Below are positions 1-9,117 of a DNA stretch of 36,469 nucleotides, piece by piece. The position numbers and the translations under genes are program-made. Within the stretch, counting starts at the first letter, position 1; each line of letters starts with the position of its first letter. Origin of the DNA: Deltaproteobacteria bacterium (lineage in GTDB: Bacteria; JACQOV01); the NCBI GenBank assembly GCA_016202395.1, contig JACQOV010000010.1, positions 1 through 36,469 of the forward strand. The letters are read 5' to 3'. Under the pieces are notes generated by a model. It had not been told where the DNA came from. It searched no databases and saw only the letters and a program-made list of their open reading frames with translations.

Positions 1-86
1 AGACCGAACGAGGCGTACTTGGTTAGTACGCCGCAGTGAGTGTTGAGGGAGTCCAACGAAGTATAACAGCATTTATTGCGTTTGTA
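1..86. repeat. Partial copy (left end outside the window) of a ~120-bp structured intergenic repeat / MITE-like element
   Basis: Bases 53-86 (ccaacgaagtataacagcatttattgcgtttgta) are identical to the right end of the copy at 10264-10388. Internal hairpin GGCGTACT-tggtt-AGTACGCC at 12-32. Abuts the corA stop codon. Confidence 0.85.
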
Positions 87-1058
87 TTAAAACCATTTTT
101 TCCTTTTGAAATAGATCAGCAACCCCGCAACAATCAAAGTCATGAGGCCAAGACTAAAAAAGTAACCATACCGCCAGCTCAATTCCGGCATGAATTTGAA
201 ATTCATTCCATAGATGCCACTCACCAGAGTGAGCGGAAGGATGATCGTCGAAAAAATCGTGAGAACTTTCATGACCTCATTCAAACGGTTGGAAACGATA
301 GAATTGTAGGCGCTGAGAGCCCCTGTGATGAGATCTCGATAAGTATCTAAAAACTGCCCCATTCGATTGAGGCGATCGTAAACATCCCGGAAAAAGGGGA
401 CATTATTGCGATCGATCTGCCGAAACTCCCCTCGAATCAAATGGGTTAAAACCTCTCTTTCAGGATGAAGAATCCGCCGAACGGCTAAGATCTCTTTTTC
501 CAAATCAAAAATTTGACTCAATGTTTTTTTATCGGGATTGTCAAAAATCTGATCCTCCACCTGCTCCAGTCGGTCACTTAATTTTTCAATGGTGGGGGTG
601 TAATTTTCAGCAAGGCTATCGAGAATCTCGTGCAAAAGGTAATCGGCCCCGCGATCCATAATCTTTTCCCCTTTTCGACATTTCTCACGAACAGAGCGGA
701 CAGAACGCGAGGGGGCAAAGTGAAAGGTCACAAGATAATTAGCTCCCAGAAAGGTGTCCACCTCATGGGTCTGCAACCCCTTGCCTCCATCCCCCAAATG
801 GACTCCATGAAAGACCGCAAAAAGATAGTCTCCGTAATCTTCTACTTTGGGGTACTGAATCCTTGCGGCAATGCAATCCTCAACGGCCAGAGGATGAAAC
901 TCAAAAACCTCCCACAGAACCCCACACTCATCTTCATTGGGATCCTCCAAATCGACCCAAAGGACTGCCTCTTTATTGCTGAGTGTTTTCTTGAGCTCCG
1001 AGGGATCCTTGATCTCCTGAATCCCCGTTTGCTTCGTGTAGAGGAATGCTGTCAGCAT
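87..1058 (-). CDS. corA: Magnesium/cobalt transporter CorA
   Basis: 323 aa; WVDLEDP and FHPLAVED motifs, C-terminal GIYGMNF..MPEL signature with two TM helices; AAGGAG RBS upstream. Confidence 0.95.
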   Translation of the reverse strand: MLTAFLYTKQTGIQEIKDPSELKKTLSNKEAVLWVDLEDPNEDECGVLWEVFEFHPLAVEDCIAARIQYPKVEDYGDYLFAVFHGVHLGDGGKGLQTHEVDTFLGANYLVTFHFAPSRSVRSVREKCRKGEKIMDRGADYLLHEILDSLAENYTPTIEKLSDRLEQVEDQIFDNPDKKTLSQIFDLEKEILAVRRILHPEREVLTHLIRGEFRQIDRNNVPFFRDVYDRLNRMGQFLDTYRDLITGALSAYNSIVSNRLNEVMKVLTIFSTIILPLTLVSGIYGMNFKFMPELSWRYGYFFSLGLMTLIVAGLLIYFKRKKWF

Positions 1059-2394
1059 CTTTGATCTCCTTAGCTAAATTGGGAAACAAAGGTTGGCTCG
1101 CTTCTCGCAACGAATCGACTTCTTCTTTCTGAATGAGGAAAACTTTCGGCTCCAAATTATTATTCGCAAAAACCGAGTTTTCTGGAGAGGGAGCCCCCAC
1201 GTCAAGAATCTTCTCCTCCTGTCCCTCTTCTGCGACGCGAACCTCAAAAATCGGGTTCTCCAAACCGGATTCCTCAGAAGAGGGAATGTTTTTAAGGTAT
1301 TGAGCCACTTCCATATCGGAAAGTTTCGATAAAAAATCATCGATCCGGGCTTCATCCAATTCCTTCTGAGGATTGGCAAGGTCAAGCCATTTTCCTTCTT
1401 TCTTCATTAAATCGATCTGCGAGTCTCCGTCCCGGATCGAGATCTTTTCCACGTCCCATCGTTTGAAAGGGAGAACCGATTTCTCCGCAAGATCGAAAGG
1501 AGTTTGCTCCAAATCCTCCACCACCTTGGAAGAAACAACATAAAGCGTGTCTTTCCCCAAAAGTCTGGCTTGGATTTTATCCTCTCCCACAGACCCACCC
1601 AGATAGAGTTGCATGGGATCCGGGCGCCCTTGAAGTTGAACGAGAACGCTCCAAACATCGAGTTCCACGTCACGCCTCTCTCCACCCTCAACAAATTCGG
1701 AGGCGCGGAGGTTTCGGATCGAACTCACAACCTTTTCCGCTTCCTCGGGATCCGCTAAATGGACAATAGGATCTCCAAGATACCACCGATCTTTCTCTTT
1801 TTTCAAAACGATCGGCTCGGAAGAGCCCCTTTTGAACCAAGAGATCCGCTCCACTTCAGAGATTTCGAAATGAAAAATCCGTTTGTCTCTCCAATCAAAG
1901 AGAGATTTCTCCAACGTATTCTGAAGATTTTCCGAAACAAGCAATAATCGGGGTTCATCCGCTCTCTTGGCGTACACCTTGTACCCAATTGGGCTTTTCT
2001 CTCCCACCCAAAGCTCCTGTTCTTTCTCCCCCTTCAAAAGAATCTGCGCTCGAAGTGGTGGATCCTCCAACCCATAAGGAGAAAGATCAGGGGGATTTTC
2101 TTCCAGAACACGATCGGCTCGAAGGAGAGATAACGTCGAGGCCAAACCGTTAACAGCCGAAGGATCGGCCTCCGTTTCAATCGGCTTGGTAATCTGCCAT
2201 CCGCTGGGATCAACGCGCTGAATCTCGATCATCTCCTCCTCATTAAAGAGTCGGAAACCCTCAATCTGATCCTCAGAGAAAGGAAAGACCTTCCCCTCTT
2301 TCGGCTCAGAATCTTTTCCCCTTTCAAAAAAATAGACGTAGGCGCCGATCCCAACAAGAAGGAGTAGCAAAAACAATGTGTTTCGAAATCTCAT
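973..2394 (-). CDS. DUF4340-repeat membrane-anchored protein, accessory to the GldAFG-like ABC system
   Basis: 473 aa; N-terminal TM anchor, then about three repeats of the W.i..P....AD / YGL..P type; lies directly after the GldG-like gene. The 3' end overlaps the corA start by 86 nt. Confidence 0.8.
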   Translation of the reverse strand: MRFRNTLFLLLLLVGIGAYVYFFERGKDSEPKEGKVFPFSEDQIEGFRLFNEEEMIEIQRVDPSGWQITKPIETEADPSAVNGLASTLSLLRADRVLEENPPDLSPYGLEDPPLRAQILLKGEKEQELWVGEKSPIGYKVYAKRADEPRLLLVSENLQNTLEKSLFDWRDKRIFHFEISEVERISWFKRGSSEPIVLKKEKDRWYLGDPIVHLADPEEAEKVVSSIRNLRASEFVEGGERRDVELDVWSVLVQLQGRPDPMQLYLGGSVGEDKIQARLLGKDTLYVVSSKVVEDLEQTPFDLAEKSVLPFKRWDVEKISIRDGDSQIDLMKKEGKWLDLANPQKELDEARIDDFLSKLSDMEVAQYLKNIPSSEESGLENPIFEVRVAEEGQEEKILDVGAPSPENSVFANNNLEPKVFLIQKEEVDSLREASQPLFPNLAKEIKDADSIPLHEANGDSGDQGSLGAQENTQQ

Positions 2395-2402
2395 TTCTTG
2401 CC

Positions 2403-2485
2403 GTCATTCCCACGAAAGTGGGAATCCAGTGCTGGATCCCCGTTTTCACGGGGATGACATGGATTCCCGCTTGCGCGGGAATGAC
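2403..2485. repeat. Cluster of three REP-like palindromes (GTCATTCCC-N-GGGAATCCA family)
   Basis: Units at 2403-2429 (forward), 2432-2458 and 2460-2485 (inverted), each an internal hairpin; the same family occurs at 27771-27907. Confidence 0.9.
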
Positions 2486-2487
2486 AA

Positions 2488-3849
2488 TTAGCGTCTTCGT
2501 CGGAATAACCAGACAACAACCCCCACCAACACACAGAAAAGAGGCAAAGCCACAACTCCTCCCCAAAAGATTTTGGAGATCTGCTCGCGAGTCATCTGAA
2601 CGGGGGTATAGCCGGTCTCTTTGGGCCGAATCGAGATGAGATCTTCCTGCTCCACAAGCCAGCTGATCGCATTGAGAAAGAAATCACCGTTTCCAGAATA
2701 GGAAAAATAGGTGTTGTTCGCAAAGCCGGAATCTCCGAACACCACGAGTCTTCCCTCTTTGGCTTCCATAGCTTCTTCCTCTTGTGATCGGGTCACGGCC
2801 ACAGCAATCGTTACAGGGCCTGCGCTGTCTTCTTCGGAGTTAAACTCAAAAACCGCCTTATCGGTTTCAGCCCAACTCTGCTCTCCAGTGCGGGCGATAT
2901 CGGAAACCTCCACCCCTGGCGGGAGCTCCCCGGAATGAGAGATCGACCGAACTCCAGGGAAAAAAGTGGCAAGGTTAAAACGCTCTGTGATGGGATGCTC
3001 CGGGTAATCTCCGATAAAAGGGGTAAAAATATCGCCGCTAAAGAGACGGGCCAAGCGATCGACAACAATATCTTCCTCGATCCGGAGACCCTGTCGCTGC
3101 AACCACGCTCGGAGCCCCCCGTCTTGATAGGGATCCAACTGAATTAAAACCCGCCCCCCACCATTAAAATAGTCGGTGAGTCTCTTTTGTTCCGCCTCGA
3201 GCAAAGCCTTCTGAGGAGCGCTCACCACCAGCACATGGCATTCCGAGAGAGGAACATCCTCCGTAAAGAGTTGGACGCTAGCCACCGAATATCCCTCTCT
3301 TTCGAGCTCCTCTTTAGCGACAGAATAACCCTGAGCTCCGGTGTCGGAGAAATCGTTCTCTCCATGTCCTGAAGTAAAACAGGCCTTCTTTTGGGCTCCG
3401 CGAGTCATCTGAATGAAGGCATTGGTGACGTCCTGTTCTGTTTCCCCTTTGATGCGCTGTGTTTTCTCCCCGCGACGAATGAAAGCGGTCCCATCCTCTG
3501 TCACTCCCATTTGCTGCGCTAAGACCGGATTTTTGACGGGATCGATAAACTCATAATAAAACTTTGGAGAGTGGTAACGATATTCTTTCAGCAGATCCTC
3601 AAATTTTTTCTTGGAGTCGTGGGTCTCTTGAAAGAAAGCCTGAATATGAATCTCCTCTTGAAGCTCCGACAGAAGTTTTAAGGTCTGGTCTGACAAACTG
3701 TAGAGTTGACCTTCCGTCAGATCAAAACGTTTGGGATGTCGAGTGGCAATGTAGTTCCCCAACACCAAGATGGCAAACACAAAGAGTGTTCCTACCACCA
3801 CATTGCTTCCGTACTTTAATCTCCGACGTCCTGAAGATTCGTCATTCAT
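2488..3849 (-). CDS. GldG/IFT52-like ABC transporter auxiliary component
   Basis: RFDLTEGQLYSLS, FTSGHGE and LVVFGDSGF..N motifs; N- and C-terminal TM helices. Start moved from 3915 to ATG 3849, which has a GAGG RBS. Confidence 0.88.
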   Translation of the reverse strand: MNDESSGRRRLKYGSNVVVGTLFVFAILVLGNYIATRHPKRFDLTEGQLYSLSDQTLKLLSELQEEIHIQAFFQETHDSKKKFEDLLKEYRYHSPKFYYEFIDPVKNPVLAQQMGVTEDGTAFIRRGEKTQRIKGETEQDVTNAFIQMTRGAQKKACFTSGHGENDFSDTGAQGYSVAKEELEREGYSVASVQLFTEDVPLSECHVLVVSAPQKALLEAEQKRLTDYFNGGGRVLIQLDPYQDGGLRAWLQRQGLRIEEDIVVDRLARLFSGDIFTPFIGDYPEHPITERFNLATFFPGVRSISHSGELPPGVEVSDIARTGEQSWAETDKAVFEFNSEEDSAGPVTIAVAVTRSQEEEAMEAKEGRLVVFGDSGFANNTYFSYSGNGDFFLNAISWLVEQEDLISIRPKETGYTPVQMTREQISKIFWGGVVALPLFCVLVGVVVWLFRRRR

Positions 3850-3859
3850 AGAAATTCCT

Positions 3860-4627
3860 CTAACGCCAGCGAACCGATTCAACAATCTGCTTCGCCAAAA
3901 AAAGGATAAAAACAATAAGAGAGAGAAAATAGGTTAATGCTGGGATATCGATCAGTCCTTTTGTAAAATCCTCAAAATGTTCCGCAAAGCCCACCGAGGA
4001 GATGACCTTTGCCATGGGCCCAGGCAAGGCGTTCGAGGCAAAAGGAAGGATATAGAGCAAAAGAAGAAGGCCGAAAGACACCACCGCCGCGACGATCTGA
4101 TTCTGGGTCAAAGTCGAGGCAAACACACCGACCGCCAGATAAAGCCCGCCTAATAAAATCACCCCCAAATAGCCTGTCAGAATAGGCCCGATATCGATGT
4201 CAGAAATAGCGCTGACGATCCAGGGAAAGGTCGTTGATAAAACGATGAGCCCCAAGAAGACAACGAAGGCCGCCAAGAATTTCCCCAGCACAATCTGTCC
4301 CACTGAAATCGGAGAGGTGAGCAAAAGCTCTATCGTCATCTGTTTCTTCTCTTCCGCAAAAAGTCTCATCGTCAAAAGGGGGATCACAAACAAGAGAAGA
4401 ACCACAAAGTTATGCATGTGAGGCTGGATGACCATTTGATTAATATTGAGTTGCTGAGCCATCCAGGGGTACTGAGAGGCCTGTAAACTAAAAAGGTTAA
4501 AGTAGAGCAAAGCGTTAAAAAAAAGATAGCCAGAGAGGAGAAGGAAGATCGTAAAGACAACATAAGCCACTGGCGAGGCAAAGTAAGATTGAAGCTCTCT
4601 CCGAGCGATAGCCCATAGTCCTTTCAT
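3860..4627 (-). CDS. ABC-2 type permease, GldF-like
   Basis: IARRELQSYFASPVAY and LTMRLFAEEKKQMTIELLLTSP motifs; six TM helices; ATG 4627 overlaps the upstream stop (ATGA). Confidence 0.9.
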   Translation of the reverse strand: MKGLWAIARRELQSYFASPVAYVVFTIFLLLSGYLFFNALLYFNLFSLQASQYPWMAQQLNINQMVIQPHMHNFVVLLLFVIPLLTMRLFAEEKKQMTIELLLTSPISVGQIVLGKFLAAFVVFLGLIVLSTTFPWIVSAISDIDIGPILTGYLGVILLGGLYLAVGVFASTLTQNQIVAAVVSFGLLLLLYILPFASNALPGPMAKVISSVGFAEHFEDFTKGLIDIPALTYFLSLIVFILFLAKQIVESVRWR

Positions 4628-5550
4628 GCGGAATATCCCTCCGACTCTGAGATCAATCTCAGATAAACCTCTTCTAAAGTTAAAGACTTGGAAGTCAGCT
4701 CCAACAATCCCCAGCCTTGCGAGATCACATAACGAGAAACGGCCTCCCGCATCTCTTTCCCTTGTTCCGCTTCGACGAGGCACGAATCCGCATCTTCCGA
4801 TTGAACATCGACAATTCCGGGGAGAGACCGAAGTCGCTCCACATCCAGACCCCGAGCCTTGAGGTGCAATCTTTGGCCTCGATCCATTTCAGAGGTAAGC
4901 TTCTCATAGGCATCGGAAGCCAAAATTTTCCCTCGATTGATCACAATAACTCGATTGCAAAGCATGCTCACTTCAGGAAGGATATGGGTGCTCAAGAGGA
5001 TCGTTCTTTCCCCCGCCAAGCTTTTAATGAGACGGCGAATCTCGATGATTTGAGCAGGATCTAACCCGATGGTTGGTTCATCTAAAATCACAACCTCCGG
5101 ATCGTGAATTAAAGCCTGCGCGATTCCGATTCTCTGCCGATACCCTTTAGAAAGACGCCCAATGAGCCGATCCTGAACCTCAACCAAGCCGCATTGTTCA
5201 ATCGCTTTAGAAAGCTTTGCCTTTTGTTCACGCTTAGAGATCCCTTTGATGGTTGCGACAAAAAAGAGATAGCCTCGAACCGTCATTTCAGGGTAAAGAG
5301 GGGGATGCTCCGGCAGATAGCCGATCCTTTTCCGCACCTCCAAAGAGTTTCGAAAGAGATCCAATCCAGCGATACTACCGGACCCTGACGTGGGGGGCAT
5401 GAAGCAACTCAAGATCCGCATCGTTGTCGTTTTCCCAGCGCCATTGGGCCCTAAGAATCCGACGATCTCCCCTTTTCCGATAGAGAACGAAACGCCTTGA
5501 ATCGCTTCAAAATCGCCGTACCGTTTAGTGAGCTCTTGAACTTGGATCAT
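4624..5550 (-). CDS. ABC transporter ATP-binding protein, GldA-like
   Basis: Walker A GPNGAGKTT, signature LSKGYRQR, Walker B VILDEPT. Confidence 0.95.
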   Translation of the reverse strand: MIQVQELTKRYGDFEAIQGVSFSIGKGEIVGFLGPNGAGKTTTMRILSCFMPPTSGSGSIAGLDLFRNSLEVRKRIGYLPEHPPLYPEMTVRGYLFFVATIKGISKREQKAKLSKAIEQCGLVEVQDRLIGRLSKGYRQRIGIAQALIHDPEVVILDEPTIGLDPAQIIEIRRLIKSLAGERTILLSTHILPEVSMLCNRVIVINRGKILASDAYEKLTSEMDRGQRLHLKARGLDVERLRSLPGIVDVQSEDADSCLVEAEQGKEMREAVSRYVISQGWGLLELTSKSLTLEEVYLRLISESEGYSA

Positions 5551-5563
5551 AATTTATTTTGGG

Positions 5564-5591
5564 ATTATAACAAAGAGCGAGGCGATGTCAA
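5564..5591 (-). promoter_or_regulatory. Sigma-70 promoter for the ABC operon
   Basis: TTGACA-16 nt-TATAAT with an extended -10 TG, 13 nt upstream of ATG 5550. Confidence 0.75.
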
Positions 5592-6184
5592 TGCAATCGT
5601 TCAATTTTAGAGCGACTTCGAAGCCGATCCATCCATGGCTCGATCCATTCTTCGTATCCCTGGTTATCAGGTTCCGCAGAAAGACGAAATAAAGGTGTGA
5701 CCCTCGTCTCTAAAAAGGATTGAACCACGAGTTTTTCTTCCACAATCCGTCGCACCTCCTGCAGATCGAGATCATAGGCGTGGAGAAAAGCCTCCCAATC
5801 TTCCTTCACAGGAAATTGCTTTTTAAGCCGTTGGAACTCCTCTTCAACAGCGGGCCCATTCTCCACAATCACCCGCAGGCGGGAGGCCTCCTGCAACAAG
5901 AGCGTTCGATCGACCAGCCGATCTCGAATGGCGTTCAAGTATTCCTCGGAAAGGGATTCTTTCCACGATCGAATTTCGCCATCCACGATCGCCTGAAGAC
6001 GCGCCTCTACTTGCAACTGACGCCAAGTAATCACCTGACGATTAACAATCACCTCCGTCCGATCCACCAGCTCGGCACGGGAAGTCGAAACTACCCCCAT
6101 TTCCCCTAACGAGATTACCAATAAAATCCAAAACAAACCCTTTAGCTGTCGGTCATTAAACTTCTTTACCATCCGCACCCTCAT
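5588..6184 (-). CDS. SurA N-terminal-domain-like exported chaperone with no PPIase domain
   Basis: Signal-like N terminus, then ELVDRTEVIVNRQVIT...LVDRTLLLQEA and C-terminal WMDRLRSRSKIE, resembling SurA_N proteins. Exact start uncertain. Confidence 0.65.
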   Translation of the reverse strand: MRVRMVKKFNDRQLKGLFWILLVISLGEMGVVSTSRAELVDRTEVIVNRQVITWRQLQVEARLQAIVDGEIRSWKESLSEEYLNAIRDRLVDRTLLLQEASRLRVIVENGPAVEEEFQRLKKQFPVKEDWEAFLHAYDLDLQEVRRIVEEKLVVQSFLETRVTPLFRLSAEPDNQGYEEWIEPWMDRLRSRSKIERLH

Positions 6185-6462
6185 CCATAAGCGTCTTTAC
6201 GTTGATCCAACGTCGTCATCGAAACAACTTTCTGTTTTTCATCAATTTCATAGAAGAATCGCCAGGGTCCAATCCGGTAACGCCAGGTTTCTGGACTCCA
6301 ATTTTTTAATTTCTTAATATTAAGTCCAAAGTGAGGTTGTTGACGTAGCTGAGGATAAACATAATTACGTAGCTTGTCGATGACCTTGGAACGGAAAGGA
6401 TTAGGAATCCCCTCTAAATCCTCCTGAAAAATAGTAGTTTCAAAGATGCGGTATCTATTCAA
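6181..6462 (-). CDS. Type II toxin, RelE/ParE family
   Basis: Basic ~93-aa protein with IKKL..W....WRYRIGPWRFFYEI....V motif; probable TTG start at 6462 overlapping the antitoxin stop. Confidence 0.85.
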   Translation of the reverse strand: MNRYRIFETTIFQEDLEGIPNPFRSKVIDKLRNYVYPQLRQQPHFGLNIKKLKNWSPETWRYRIGPWRFFYEIDEKQKVVSMTTLDQRKDAYG

Positions 6463-6697
6463 CGAATTGACCCTGGCGTTTCTTCGCTGCAAGCGCTCCT
6501 TTTTTGAGTCTTCCGAGTAAATGCTTATCCTCTAGAATCCCACGCATCTCCGTTTCATCAACAAACAGGCATTCCTCAAGGTGCTTCTTTGCAGCCGTTT
6601 CAATAAGATTGGCAAGAGAGCGATTTTCAGAATCGGCGAAAGCATGAAAGATATCATAAATGCTATCATCAATTCGCAATGTCACGGTTTTAGCCAT
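6455..6697 (-). CDS. Type II antitoxin, CopG/ribbon-helix-helix family
   Basis: 80 aa; KTVTLRIDD...ENRSLANLIETA RHH pattern; AAGGAG RBS; directly upstream of the toxin. Confidence 0.85.
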   Translation of the reverse strand: MAKTVTLRIDDSIYDIFHAFADSENRSLANLIETAAKKHLEECLFVDETEMRGILEDKHLLGRLKKGALAAKKRQGQFVE

Positions 6698-6731
6698 TGT
6701 ACATCTCCTTCATTCTTTATCATTCGCCTTA

Positions 6732-6760
6732 ATTCTAAATGAATCCAACCGCAATGTCAA
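6732..6760 (-). promoter_or_regulatory. Sigma-70 promoter of the TA operon
   Basis: TTGACA-17 nt-TAGAAT on the minus strand. Confidence 0.7.
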
Positions 6761-6853
6761 CTTCGAAATGAGCACATGTCCCCTCGGATTTTGTAAGAGG
6801 CCGTTAAAGCCGCAGAGTCGGTGACAGGATGACGTCATCGTACTCAGTAATCC

Positions 6854-6882
6854 TTGACGATCCCCCTCCCCCTGATTATAAT
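6854..6882 (+). promoter_or_regulatory. Sigma-70 promoter of the gap operon
   Basis: TTGACG-17 nt-TATAAT, 40 nt upstream of the gap ATG; AAGGAG RBS follows. Confidence 0.75.
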
Positions 6883-6922
6883 CCGCACCTTGGTAGGCCC
6901 ACAATTTTAAGGAGATCGGAAA

Positions 6923-7927
6923 ATGGCGGTGCGTGTTGGAATCAATGGCTTTGGACGAATTGGACGATGCGTTTATCGTGTAGGTTATAACAATCCTGAT
7001 TTTAACATCGTTGCGATTAATGATATCACCGATCCAAAAACGCTGGCTCATCTGCTCCGTTACGATTCCGTTCATGGTCGATTCAATGCGAAGGTGGATC
7101 TGACCGAGGCGGGATTTAAGGTCGATGGAAAAGAGGTCAAGATCCTTGCCAAAAAAGATCCTTCAGAACTCCCTTGGAAGGAACTGGGAGTGGATGTCGT
7201 TTTGGAATCGACGGGCCTTTTCACCTCTCGTGACAAAGCCGAGCTTCATTTCAAGGCGGGAGCCAAAAAGGTGATCATCTCGGCCCCGGCCAAGAATCCG
7301 GATATCACTTTAGCCTACGGGATTAATCACAAAGAGTACGATCCCAAAAATCACCACATCATCTCCAACGCCTCTTGCACCACGAATTGTCTGGCTCCCA
7401 TGGCTAAAGTCATCGATGAGAATTTTGGCTTGAAGCGAGGGACAATGACGACCATTCACTCTTACACGAATGATCAACGAATTCTGGACTTGCCCCACAA
7501 AGATCTTCGGCGAGCTCGGGCCGCTGCCCTTTCCATGATTATTACCACCACCGGCGCCGCAAAAGCGGTCGGATCTGTTCTTCCCCATCTTAAAGGGAAG
7601 CTCGATGGGGTCTCCGTGCGAGTTCCAACCCCGAATGTGTCGCTCGTGGATCTCGTAGCCGAGGTTGAAAAACCGGCTACGATCGAAAAGGTAAATGGGG
7701 CTTTTGAGAAGGCCTCTCAGACCTCTCTCAAAGGGATTCTTGCCTATGAGAAAGAGGAGCTCGTCTCTAGCGATTTCAATGGGACCTCTTACTCTTGCAT
7801 CTTTGACGCTTTGTCGACGATGCTGATCGGAGAGAACTTTGTTAAAATCTTTGGATGGTACGACAACGAGTGGGGCTTCTCTCATCGGATGATCGATGTG
7901 ACCTCTCTCATTGCAAAATCCCTTTAA
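6923..7927 (+). CDS. gap: Type I glyceraldehyde-3-phosphate dehydrogenase
   Basis: GINGFGRIGR, active site NASCTTNCLAP, WYDNEWG. Confidence 0.98.
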   Translation: MAVRVGINGFGRIGRCVYRVGYNNPDFNIVAINDITDPKTLAHLLRYDSVHGRFNAKVDLTEAGFKVDGKEVKILAKKDPSELPWKELGVDVVLESTGLFTSRDKAELHFKAGAKKVIISAPAKNPDITLAYGINHKEYDPKNHHIISNASCTTNCLAPMAKVIDENFGLKRGTMTTIHSYTNDQRILDLPHKDLRRARAAALSMIITTTGAAKAVGSVLPHLKGKLDGVSVRVPTPNVSLVDLVAEVEKPATIEKVNGAFEKASQTSLKGILAYEKEELVSSDFNGTSYSCIFDALSTMLIGENFVKIFGWYDNEWGFSHRMIDVTSLIAKSL

Positions 7928-7932
7928 AACGC

Positions 7933-9117
7933 ATGAAATACATCCACCAACTTCATCTTCAAGGGAAGAGGATCTTTTTGCGCGCCGACTTAAACGTTCC
8001 ACTGGATAACGGGGGAAGAATCTCTGATTATCGCCGAGTGGAAGAGACCCTCCCGACAATCGAATATGCACTCAAAGAAGGGGCTGCCGTGGTGATCGCC
8101 TCTCATCTGGGACGTCCACAAGGGAAGGTCGATCCTCGTTTGACCTTAAAACCGGTGGCGGACTACTTAAGTCTTCGAATGGATCGATCGGTTCAGTTCG
8201 CTGCGGATTGTGTGGGACCCGAGGCTCGAAAACAGGCAGAGGCCTTAAAGCCGGGGGATCTCCTTCTGCTGGAAAATCTTCGGTTTCATCCGGAAGAAGA
8301 AAAGAATGATCCACAATTCTCGAAAGCGTTGAGCGAGCTCGCTCCACTCTACATTAACGATGCCTTTGGCACCGCCCATCGAGCTCACGCCTCCACCTTT
8401 GGGATGGTTTTTCACATGGAAGCGACCGCCGCAGGATTCATCATGGAAAAAGAGATCGAAACGCTTCGAGAGGTTCGGGACAATCCTCCCTCCCCTTTTG
8501 GCTTGATCTTGGGAGGGGCCAAGGCCGAAGACAAGATCGATCTTATCTCGAATCTCCTTAAAAAAGTCTCCTTTGTTTTAATTGGAGGGGCCATCGCGAA
8601 CACTTTTCTTAAAGCTTCTGGGATTGAGATTGGAAGCTCTCGGCACGAGCCAGACAAGATTGAGGCGGCAAGATCGATATTGAAGAAAGCTAAAGACAAA
8701 GGGATCGAGATCCATCTCCCTCCAGATGCCATCGCCGCTCCCGATTCTTCTCCGAATGCAGAGCGCCGGCTTGTTGCCGTCGATCAATTGCCCGCCGGAT
8801 GGTCGATTCTGGATATCGGGCCTAAGACAGCGGAGAGGTTCGAATCACAGATCGCTCATGCCAAGACTCTCTTTTGGAATGGCCCGATGGGACTTTTTGA
8901 GATTCATGCCTATCGAGAAGGAACACAACGAGTCGCCCAAGCTATGGCAAACTCCTCGGAGCTGACGGTTGCAGGAGGAGGAGACACGCTAGCTGCTATT
9001 GACGAGTTTGAATTACATGATAAGTTTCGTCATGTTTCTACAGGAGGGGGAGCTTCTCTAGCCTATCTGGCTGGGAAAAGGCTGCCCGCAATCGAGGTTC
9101 TTGAGACGAAATTATGA
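7933..9117 (+). CDS. pgk: Phosphoglycerate kinase
   Basis: RADLNVP, SHLGRP, LLENLRF, NDAFGTAHRAHAS, WNGPMG, STGGGASL. Start reassigned to ATG 7933. Confidence 0.97.
   Translation: MKYIHQLHLQGKRIFLRADLNVPLDNGGRISDYRRVEETLPTIEYALKEGAAVVIASHLGRPQGKVDPRLTLKPVADYLSLRMDRSVQFAADCVGPEARKQAEALKPGDLLLLENLRFHPEEEKNDPQFSKALSELAPLYINDAFGTAHRAHASTFGMVFHMEATAAGFIMEKEIETLREVRDNPPSPFGLILGGAKAEDKIDLISNLLKKVSFVLIGGAIANTFLKASGIEIGSSRHEPDKIEAARSILKKAKDKGIEIHLPPDAIAAPDSSPNAERRLVAVDQLPAGWSILDIGPKTAERFESQIAHAKTLFWNGPMGLFEIHAYREGTQRVAQAMANSSELTVAGGGDTLAAIDEFELHDKFRHVSTGGGASLAYLAGKRLPAIEVLETKL

Noticed and set aside
2403-2485. Possible mini CRISPR array (also 27771-27907)
   Set aside because: Units are in mixed orientation with 1-3 nt or irregular spacers, and no cas genes are present; this fits REP-like palindromes.
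2324-2639. Short ORFs with VIPAQAGI / WIPACAGMT peptides
   Set aside because: These are translations of the REP-like repeats, not genes.
7530-7560. GAPDH SMIITTTG instead of the common IPT(S/T)TG
   Set aside because: Single substitution with catalytic motifs intact; probably natural variation.
7310-8071. 253-aa antisense ORF over gap/pgk, and similar shadow ORFs (25760-26371, 11502-12047, 22617-23081)
   Set aside because: They overlap well-supported genes and carry no recognisable motifs; expected shadows of coding sequence.
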